From the sequence record PQ451753.1: a stretch of DNA of 64,000 nucleotides, one strand, 5' to 3'. Made by a program: the position numbers and the translations under genes. Below, one piece after another: positions 47,843 through 55,668 of this stretch (its first letter is position 1; each line of letters opens with the position of its first letter). The notes under the pieces are model-generated. The model had not been told where the DNA came from, made no database searches, and saw nothing but the letters and a program-made list of their open reading frames with translations.

Positions 47843-48466
47843 ATGAGCGATAACAAAGAACAAGTTCAAGAGCAAGATGTTCAAACAACTGAGCAAACTA
47901 CTCAAGAGCAACCAAAGCAATCTCGTCAAGAGCGTCGTCAAGACCGTAAGCAGCAGCAACAAAATCAGCGCGGTAACGAATCTGCGAACCAAGCTCCTGC
48001 GGGTCTATTCGCTAAGTCTTCTAAAGAAGACGGTGGTGCAAAAGAAGATCCTAAAGCTGTTGAAATCATCAAAGCTCAAATTGATGAGTACGTTGAAAAG
48101 GCAGGTAAAGGTTCTGGCGAAACTAAAGAAGCGCAAATGGCTACACGTGGTCTGCATAAAGCAATCCGTAACCTAACTAAACTTCGTGGCCAATCGTTGA
48201 AACAAGCGTTCTCACACCTGTACAAAGCTATCAAGACTGACGAAACAGGTTCATTCAAAGTACCATTCCCATTCCGTTGGGGTCATGACATCACAGGTGA
48301 ACAAGAGCGTTTAGCTTACACCTCGTTCATGAACTTGGTACTTCAGTACGCTAAGCTAGAAAACCCATCGTACATCCACGAGAAAGTAGATGTACAACGT
48401 AGTCTTGCATTCATTAAAGATGCAGGTGCTCGTGCAGACATGCTTAAGCAGTTCGCAAGCAAGTAA
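47843..48466 (+). CDS. Hypothetical protein with Gln-rich disordered N-terminus
   Basis: AAGGA RBS; highly expressed codon bias. Confidence 0.75.
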   Translation: MSDNKEQVQEQDVQTTEQTTQEQPKQSRQERRQDRKQQQQNQRGNESANQAPAGLFAKSSKEDGGAKEDPKAVEIIKAQIDEYVEKAGKGSGETKEAQMATRGLHKAIRNLTKLRGQSLKQAFSHLYKAIKTDETGSFKVPFPFRWGHDITGEQERLAYTSFMNLVLQYAKLENPSYIHEKVDVQRSLAFIKDAGARADMLKQFASK

Positions 48467-48477
48467 GCAAATAGACT

Positions 48478-48506
48478 AGGAGTAGTAGGCAATGCCTACT
48501 ACTCCT
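48478..48506. terminator. 13-bp perfect hairpin between convergent genes
   Basis: AGGAGTAGTAGGC-AAT-GCCTACTACTCCT; no clear U-tract. Confidence 0.65.
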
Positions 48507-48515
48507 GCTATGTGT

Positions 48516-49199
48516 CTATGAATAATCAACAATAGAAGTCAATGACTCTTCATTGAATTTACCACGAACGTCGTAGTCTGAACTATACAGTGAATCAATC
48601 AAAGCACGCTCAGTAACTTCTTGAGTATCTGCTGGAATCAACTCTTCGTATTCAAACGGGATGTAGTCAACAACTGAATCTAGTGTTGCTTGGTCTACTT
48701 CCATTTCTAACTTAGCCCATGGGTGGATTGGATTACCGCCTTGTGTTAAGTTACGACCATCTAAGTATAGGTCTAGTTCCCACATTAATGGTGAGCCGTC
48801 TTTACGTGGAATGGTGTTACCGTCAGACTTAAGAACTGGGATATACAAACGAGTACGTACAACCGTTGACTTAGCACTGGCCAGTAACATGTTGTAGTTC
48901 ATTTGGTCTAACTCAATGTTAGACTCCAGTTTAGCTTTAGCTTCATTACCACGTTGCTTAGAGGTCAGCTCAAACGTATCGCCTTCAGGTTGGTGGTAGT
49001 GACGGATGCGTCCTGCAATACCTAAGTTCTCATTATAAGAGAGTTTAGATTCTGAGAACACTTTCTTTTTCGCATTACTAAACTTCTCAGTAATTGCGTC
49101 CAGTTGTTCCTGAGTGAGATGGATGAAGTAGCTATACTCCACCTCCAACTCTGTCTCAGCCTTGTGCTCTTCAAGAGCAGCCATTAGATGAGATGCCAT
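48516..49199 (-). CDS. CYTH / triphosphate-tunnel metalloenzyme-like protein
   Basis: ELEVEY (ExE), GRIR, LTSK, LESNIE, RTRLY, WELDLY and KLEMEV in TTM order. Confidence 0.7.
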   Translation of the reverse strand: MASHLMAALEEHKAETELEVEYSYFIHLTQEQLDAITEKFSNAKKKVFSESKLSYNENLGIAGRIRHYHQPEGDTFELTSKQRGNEAKAKLESNIELDQMNYNMLLASAKSTVVRTRLYIPVLKSDGNTIPRKDGSPLMWELDLYLDGRNLTQGGNPIHPWAKLEMEVDQATLDSVVDYIPFEYEELIPADTQEVTERALIDSLYSSDYDVRGKFNEESLTSIVDYS

Positions 49200-50959
49200 T
49201 AAATTAACCCTTCTTTAATATCTGATTCAAATGCGTCTAACACAGTATGGATGTACGGCATGTTGAGAAGTTCATTACAAATCTCAATCGCGTTAGTCTG
49301 ACCACCTGTAAGGTTAATGCCAGAACGTCGGCGTGCCATTTCCGATACACCCTCAATACCTTTCAGTTCAACGAACGTTGTCTCTTTAGAGATATTCAAC
49401 GTAAGCTCTGCCGTAGGATAAGCCTGAGTTATGTCATCGTCCGCTGTTTGTACACGGAACATTGTCTTAAGCTTAGGGATTTCCTTAACACACTGAAGAC
49501 CGTTATCTTCAACCATGTGGGCAGGTAGGGTTACAATCCAACCTGTCATGTTGATTACATCATCATCTAGGTCAGAGGTAATGTCTGCACCTACACAACC
49601 TGCAATCAGTTTACGGTCTAGGTAGAAGTAGTGTAAGTTATCCACCAAACGTTTAGGTAGAGATGGGAAGATGTGATACTCACTGATACCTGCAAGTGCA
49701 GGGATGGTCATACCAAGGTCATTGGTCTTCTCATCCAACAGTTCGATTGACACACAGTCAAACAAGTTGTATATGCAGTATTCGGCAGGGTAGTCACGCT
49801 GCATCTCAATGTGCCATTTGATGTCTCCCTCAGGAGCCTTAACTTGGTCGAACTTCAACTTACCAATACCCAAGTGACGATTAAGCACACCATCAAGTTT
49901 GTAATCAGGTTCGTTACCGTTCGCAACACGAATCTTCTTAAACGCACACATTGCATCTATAACGTAGAAGCCCGCTAAGCAGTATAAGACGTGCCATAAG
50001 TCAGCAGGGTGCTGTGCAATGGTCTTAGAGTTCGTTTCACGCTGTGCTTTCGCTTGCTTGTACCAAACCTTACGGTATTTGTCAGGAACTTTAGGATCAA
50101 CCCAAACATCTTCATGAGGGATGTTGTACTTTTCACAACAAGCCATGATTTTTGGTAAATCGTAGTTCATGTTCCATATCGCTACGAAGTCTGGCATCCA
50201 TTCGTGAACCTCACGCATGACGTCACGGATAACCTCAGCCATGTTACCGTTAGTAATAACTTTAAAGTCGCCGCCGCGCTCAGCAACTAAGTTGTGTTCA
50301 ACGTGAATGGTCTTCTTAGTTTCCTTACACTTTTCTTTTAGTGTAATACTGCTAAGGTATTCAGCATACTTACTGTGTAGAGTATTCACTACATCAGGGA
50401 TACGCTTAGCCCACCAGTCTGCGATACCGATGATCTTCTTCTCACCCATCGTAACAGAAATCATGATAGGTTCATCAGTACCAAACACAACATCTGCCTC
50501 GATATCGAGAACCGCTACCTTGTTACGTGTAATCAAGTCTGGGTTCTTACGTCGGTAGGCTGCTTTAAGCATTGTCGGTGCAGTCAGGTCAGCAAAATAA
50601 ATGTACGGGTCGCGACACACTTCGCGAAGCTGGAGTTTAGGGTTGGGTACAGAACGTCCAAGCGCTTTCTGTAGCGTCTCAGACATACGTGACTGTGTTG
50701 TATCCCAACGGTCTAGTTTGTCTAGCTCTTCGTATTCTTTTTTGTCTTGGTGGTTACGGTAAGGCTTCTTAGTGGTGTAGACAGGACGCTTAAAATTCTC
50801 CCTAAGGACGATCCTTGGGATTTGTCTGTTATCCTTTGTATGGACAACTTCTTTAATGAGCAGCATGTCGTCTTTAGAGCCATCTCTGGCTTCTTGATAG
50901 CAGACATACTTACATTCGATGCCCTTTATCATTTCCTTAGGGATTTGTACATTCGACAT
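49199..50959 (-). CDS. Family-B DNA polymerase 3'-5' exonuclease subunit with motif A (phiKZ gp82-like)
   Basis: ExoI LDIEAD, ExoII WNMNYD, ExoIII YNLFD; C-terminal DDDITQAYP (Pol motif A). Confidence 0.85.
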   Translation of the reverse strand: MSNVQIPKEMIKGIECKYVCYQEARDGSKDDMLLIKEVVHTKDNRQIPRIVLRENFKRPVYTTKKPYRNHQDKKEYEELDKLDRWDTTQSRMSETLQKALGRSVPNPKLQLREVCRDPYIYFADLTAPTMLKAAYRRKNPDLITRNKVAVLDIEADVVFGTDEPIMISVTMGEKKIIGIADWWAKRIPDVVNTLHSKYAEYLSSITLKEKCKETKKTIHVEHNLVAERGGDFKVITNGNMAEVIRDVMREVHEWMPDFVAIWNMNYDLPKIMACCEKYNIPHEDVWVDPKVPDKYRKVWYKQAKAQRETNSKTIAQHPADLWHVLYCLAGFYVIDAMCAFKKIRVANGNEPDYKLDGVLNRHLGIGKLKFDQVKAPEGDIKWHIEMQRDYPAEYCIYNLFDCVSIELLDEKTNDLGMTIPALAGISEYHIFPSLPKRLVDNLHYFYLDRKLIAGCVGADITSDLDDDVINMTGWIVTLPAHMVEDNGLQCVKEIPKLKTMFRVQTADDDITQAYPTAELTLNISKETTFVELKGIEGVSEMARRRSGINLTGGQTNAIEICNELLNMPYIHTVLDAFESDIKEGLI

Positions 50960-51026
50960 GTGAGGAACCTTTTTATTAAGTTGTTTAAAATCTTATCAAA
51001 GTATCATAACTACTGTGGAAAAATAA

Positions 51027-52298
51027 ATGATGAGTATCGACACTTCAGGGATTGCCTTAGAGGCGCATATCAATCATGAACCAACAGTAATTGCCAAAGC
51101 ATTGCGCTCTGCCCGTGCGGTAGAACGTGTAGGTTTCTGTCTAGAGCATTACCATGCCCTTGAACAATTACAGCCTGGGATTTTTAAAGACATCAATCCT
51201 AAAATGCTAACTCAACAGCCGTCAGGTGTGAAACGTAACATTGCTATAGAAGCAATCAGCGGGTCGGACATGATTAAAGCGTTGGGTGTTGGTATCGCAG
51301 CTGGTTCAGTGGTTGGTTTATTCTTTAAATTAATTGATTGGGTAACTGGTAAGCTAGTTGGCGGTTCAGGTGGTAGTGGTATCCCCACTCCAGAACAAAT
51401 TGACCGCGAACAGAAAGCTGCCTTCCAAAAGTTAGCAGAAACGGATCGTAAAAACCGTGAAGCATTCAAAGCTGTCTTAAGTGACGTGGATGGTGCGGTA
51501 GATAAGCTAAAAAGTAGACAGAAAGAAACGGGTCGTATTCTTGATGAGATTGAGAAGAACGTTCGTGAAGCAAGTTCTCCAATTGAACTTGCATGTGTCG
51601 AAGCTATCATGAAAGCCGTACCGGGTGAATTGATTTATCAAGCCAAAGCTGTTGGCGCGATGCGTCAGTTTAAAGGTGAAGACTTAATTCGATACAACCT
51701 GTGTACTAAGAATGGTATTCGTGGTGTGCTTAGCATTTTCGAAGAACCTGCTCTTAAGAACGTTGACTTTAACAAACTGCAACGTACTGCAAAAGACCTA
51801 GCTGAAGCGATGAAAACCGCAGACAACTTCATCAGTCGTCAGACTGATGCTAGTCTTGATATGCTCTGGAAGCAGGTAAGTCGTTTAGCGGAAGATTACC
51901 GCAAGTACGATATCAGTCAGGCAGACCGTGCTAAGATTAGTGAGCGTGCAGGTACTGTTTACAGTTTCCATACGTCCGCAGCAGAGTTTGCTAAAGAGCA
52001 TCAAAGTCCAAACAAGGGCGGTCTAGATAAGTTAGACCTAGCCTCTTCACGATACACGTCAATCATTAAGGACTCTTATGTTTGTAAGAACATCCTTAAA
52101 GATGCTACCGAAGGTATTAAAGGTAAGAAAGACGCTGAAATCGAAAACAAAGAACACGCGGCTAAGTTTAAGAGCATGTTGGGTGATCTACAACGTGTGA
52201 TTACTGGACTGCTTTACTACACTAACTTAGCTGATAAAATGAACAAGGCATTCACGCAATCGCTTGAGCGCTACAGTAAAGCTGAGATAACTATTTAG
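51027..52298 (+). CDS. Internal head/ejection protein
   Basis: ALE and AIE cleavage-type sites followed by hydrophobic helix ALGVGIAAGSVVGLFF. Confidence 0.7.
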   Translation: MMSIDTSGIALEAHINHEPTVIAKALRSARAVERVGFCLEHYHALEQLQPGIFKDINPKMLTQQPSGVKRNIAIEAISGSDMIKALGVGIAAGSVVGLFFKLIDWVTGKLVGGSGGSGIPTPEQIDREQKAAFQKLAETDRKNREAFKAVLSDVDGAVDKLKSRQKETGRILDEIEKNVREASSPIELACVEAIMKAVPGELIYQAKAVGAMRQFKGEDLIRYNLCTKNGIRGVLSIFEEPALKNVDFNKLQRTAKDLAEAMKTADNFISRQTDASLDMLWKQVSRLAEDYRKYDISQADRAKISERAGTVYSFHTSAAEFAKEHQSPNKGGLDKLDLASSRYTSIIKDSYVCKNILKDATEGIKGKKDAEIENKEHAAKFKSMLGDLQRVITGLLYYTNLADKMNKAFTQSLERYSKAEITI

Positions 52299-52311
52299 GA
52301 GTAAATAAACA

Positions 52312-53589
52312 ATGAAAAAACAATGGCTAAATGGCGTTGCCGCTGAAGCCATCGACCACCAAGGTAAGTCGAAACTGTTTGATGTCATTGCAAGCTCAGT
52401 TGAAGAACTGCGCGCAGGTGGTGATTACAGTGACGAAGCAGTTGCCAAACTTGGTCTAGCGGCGCGTATCGAAGACTTATCTGGTATCGCGACAAAGTTC
52501 CAAATCGTACATGCGCCGTTCCATAATGCGGCGGTACAGCCACCTCAGTTAGATAAGAACCATCCGATGATTGCAAACATTCTTCGCATGATGGCGTCTA
52601 ACGATGACTTAGAAACTGTGAAGAAGTTCTCAGGCAATAAGTTGATTGGTGCAGTCGATAAATCAGACGGTCGTGTCTATGGTGGGTTCAGTAAGTTGGT
52701 TTGTCCAGTTTACTTGACTACAGCTTTGTTAGAAGACAAGACATTCACCAGTCGTGAGATTGCAGCGGTTGTATTGCATGAGCTTGGTCACGTGTTCGCT
52801 TACTTTGAGCGTCTGATTGACTTAGTTACCATGAACTACGCTATCTATACCTCAGCAGAAAGAATGTTGAAGTTGGAGTCAGTCGTTGACCGCGTAGAAG
52901 TGTTGTCTGAATTTGATAAGTATACTGGTATTAAAATCCCTGAAAAGGAAACAGTGGCGAAGTCAAATGAGAAAGGTACGATTTACACACACCTTGCATG
53001 CGAATCGGTTAAACAACGCCGTAACGTAGAAGGTGAAGAAGTGTACTCCTACCGTGGTTTCGAATTCAGTGCTGACCAGTTTGCAACTCGTCATGGTGCA
53101 GGTGCCGACTTAGTGACAGCGTTAGACAAGATTGAACGTAAGATTTGGCTAAACCCATCTTACATCTCTTGGCCAGTCCACATCATGGTAGAACTGATTA
53201 AAGTGACTACTTATGTTATCGGTACTGTATTAGCCGCTAAGTCTAACCCATTCACACTAATCGGTACGTTAGGTCTTCTTCTTGCTGCACGTCCTATGAA
53301 TAAACTGTATGACGATCCAGCTGAGCGCTTTAAGCGTATCGAAGGTGAAATGGTTTCTGAACTTAAGAACCGTCAACTGGCAGAAGAGCGTCGTCAACAA
53401 GTATTGACTGACCTTGAAACCGTCCGTGAAATCTCAAAACAAATCACGACCAAGCGTAGCTTCTGGGAAGCAACTTGGGCGTACGTTATTCCATCTGGCA
53501 ACGCGTCACGTAAGCGCATGGAGTTCCAACAACAGTTAGAACGCATGACGAACAACGAACTGTACGTGGCAAGTGCACTCTTCGCATAA
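52312..53589 (+). CDS. Virion protein with M48-like zinc-peptidase motif
   Basis: AAE site; LHELGH, then E..ADQFA..G.G..L..AL.KI; hydrophobic segment near the C-terminus. Confidence 0.7.
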   Translation: MKKQWLNGVAAEAIDHQGKSKLFDVIASSVEELRAGGDYSDEAVAKLGLAARIEDLSGIATKFQIVHAPFHNAAVQPPQLDKNHPMIANILRMMASNDDLETVKKFSGNKLIGAVDKSDGRVYGGFSKLVCPVYLTTALLEDKTFTSREIAAVVLHELGHVFAYFERLIDLVTMNYAIYTSAERMLKLESVVDRVEVLSEFDKYTGIKIPEKETVAKSNEKGTIYTHLACESVKQRRNVEGEEVYSYRGFEFSADQFATRHGAGADLVTALDKIERKIWLNPSYISWPVHIMVELIKVTTYVIGTVLAAKSNPFTLIGTLGLLLAARPMNKLYDDPAERFKRIEGEMVSELKNRQLAEERRQQVLTDLETVREISKQITTKRSFWEATWAYVIPSGNASRKRMEFQQQLERMTNNELYVASALFA

Positions 53590-53602
53590 GGGAAAGGTTA
53601 CA

Positions 53603-54022
53603 ATGTTTGAAGTAATCCACAACTATCGTAAAAACTGTCTACTACAAGGACCTCAGCGTATCAAGCTTCTACAGAAAGTAGTTGCAGCAGCGGCAGCATA
53701 CAGCTCTCCTTGTCCTGTAGGTTCAATGTCAGACATCAACGGTTTCTACATGGAACTGTGTCGTATGAACGCAATCAAGATTGTATCTGAAGTTAATGAA
53801 CACATCTTAATGAACACTGATGAAGTGTTAGCAGATGTCGAACTTATCTGGAAAGGTCGTTTTGAATTGATCAACTCACCACAAGGCTGTAAAGCATTTG
53901 AGAAGTTCCATGGTAGCATGACTCAGTACGGCGAAGAAGTAGCTTCACACTACGAGTACTGGGTAGAGCAATTCCTAGCATCTTCTAAATCTTACCTTAT
54001 CCGTGTGAACGGAGGTGAGTAA
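53603..54022 (+). CDS. Conserved small virion-cluster protein
   Basis: ATG 53603 after an AAGG RBS. Confidence 0.65.
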   Translation: MFEVIHNYRKNCLLQGPQRIKLLQKVVAAAAAYSSPCPVGSMSDINGFYMELCRMNAIKIVSEVNEHILMNTDEVLADVELIWKGRFELINSPQGCKAFEKFHGSMTQYGEEVASHYEYWVEQFLASSKSYLIRVNGGE

Positions 54023-55620
54023 TGGAGATTGTTGGACTGGAATCTTTGGAAGAAGAAACAGTTGCAATCTATCAAAAGTCTGAACTGATTAACGAGTTGG
54101 AAGCTATCCGTACTCGTGTTGCAACTGAAGGTATGACTCGCGATGACGCAATTCTTTTAGAGCGTATCGCACCGGGTATCTTTGATGGAATGAATGTGAA
54201 TAAGTTCACAGTACGTCCGTCAGGTACTTGTCAAACCGTAGCAGTAGAAGCAATTGACTGGAAACGTGGGGCGATGGTAATGGGTGCCGCAATGGCAATC
54301 ATTGCTGTCATCAGTAAAATCATTAGTTGGTTGAGCGATAGCTTATCTACAACAGGTAGCGGTGGCGGTGGTAACATCCGCGATATCGATAAGACCAATG
54401 CTAAGATTGAAAAGCGTTGTCAAGACAACGTTGACGATGAAGTGATTACTGAAGAGAACCTACAGAAAGCAGGTAAGGAAGTAGTGCGTAAGATTGGCAA
54501 ACTAAGTAGCGTCAATACTCACTATGTAAACGAGCTTGCTCAAAAGGTTGATAAAGGTGAAGTCACTGACAGTAACGGTAAGCCAATCGCTCCTAACGAC
54601 GTCAGCAATGCGGTTAACAAATACGTTGACGCTGTTAAGCGTACTCGTGCTAGTGACCGTGACGCGCAGCTACACGCGCTCCTAGGCTACATGTTGCTTA
54701 GTAAGCAAGGTGGTATTCCAATCTCTATCTCAATGTTAGACTGGAATGGTGGTCGTAAAGGCAGTAAGCTGAACCAATCACACATCATGGCTCTAGAGCA
54801 CACTATCGAGCTAACTAATGAAGTCCTTGACGAAGTTGGTAAACTCGCATCGGCTATTGAATCTACAAACTACAAATCTATTGTCATGCTTGAAGACGAT
54901 AAGCATGTAGATGGTTCAACGGGTGGTGGTAGTCTTATCTACGGACTTATGTCTAAGTCAAATGAAGTATTGAAGCGTGTACGTAACACGATGGAGTCAA
55001 ACCACAGTTTACGTAACACTTACAGTCCTCATATGGCAACCGAGCTTAACGGTGAGCGTCCTGACGTGGCAACGATGGGTCGAGTTATTCCTGAGTTTAA
55101 TTCAGAGGTTAAAGAGATTGTGGCGGAGATGCGCGAAGCTGCAAACACTTACATCTCTTTCTGGGATATGTCGGATTACCAACGCTACGCTAATAAAGTT
55201 GATGCTGCGAAGTACACTGATCTCATCACAGCTCTGGCTGACCCTAAAGGTCGTGAAAGCCTTGCTAAGATGTATGGCATGGTGTTTGATTCAAGTTCAA
55301 ATGACTCAAAGCCTAAATCAGATGGTGCGTTAAAAGTCTCAGCTGACAAACTTAAGATTGCTTCTACCGCTGTGAGTAAAATCCACAAGAAAGCAACTAA
55401 GTTGGAAAGCGCGTGGATTGGCCTACCGTTTGCAGTAGCAGGTAAGGAAGGTGGGTTTAATGCCGAAAGTGTTATCTCGTATGTACCGTCAGCACAACTT
55501 AAAGTGTTGGTTGATACTGCAAGTGCGTTAAGTCGCCGAGCTACTGAACTAGCGTCAGTAATCAATCTAGGTCTTCGCGATGCCGACCGTGCAATCAACA
55601 TGACTGCTAAAATGAAATAA
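54022..55620 (+). CDS. Internal head/ejection protein
   Basis: GLE and AVE sites, then hydrophobic helix GAMVMGAAMAIIAVISKIISWL; N-terminus resembles that of 51027..52298. Confidence 0.7.
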   Translation: MEIVGLESLEEETVAIYQKSELINELEAIRTRVATEGMTRDDAILLERIAPGIFDGMNVNKFTVRPSGTCQTVAVEAIDWKRGAMVMGAAMAIIAVISKIISWLSDSLSTTGSGGGGNIRDIDKTNAKIEKRCQDNVDDEVITEENLQKAGKEVVRKIGKLSSVNTHYVNELAQKVDKGEVTDSNGKPIAPNDVSNAVNKYVDAVKRTRASDRDAQLHALLGYMLLSKQGGIPISISMLDWNGGRKGSKLNQSHIMALEHTIELTNEVLDEVGKLASAIESTNYKSIVMLEDDKHVDGSTGGGSLIYGLMSKSNEVLKRVRNTMESNHSLRNTYSPHMATELNGERPDVATMGRVIPEFNSEVKEIVAEMREAANTYISFWDMSDYQRYANKVDAAKYTDLITALADPKGRESLAKMYGMVFDSSSNDSKPKSDGALKVSADKLKIASTAVSKIHKKATKLESAWIGLPFAVAGKEGGFNAESVISYVPSAQLKVLVDTASALSRRATELASVINLGLRDADRAINMTAKMK

Positions 55621-55624
55621 GAAA

Positions 55625-55668
55625 AGGCTGAGTAGGGCATTGCCCTACTCGCCTCTCTTTTATTTTTT
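55625..55668. terminator. Bidirectional terminator
   Basis: GAGTAGGGC-ATT-GCCCTACTC plus T-tract. Confidence 0.8.
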
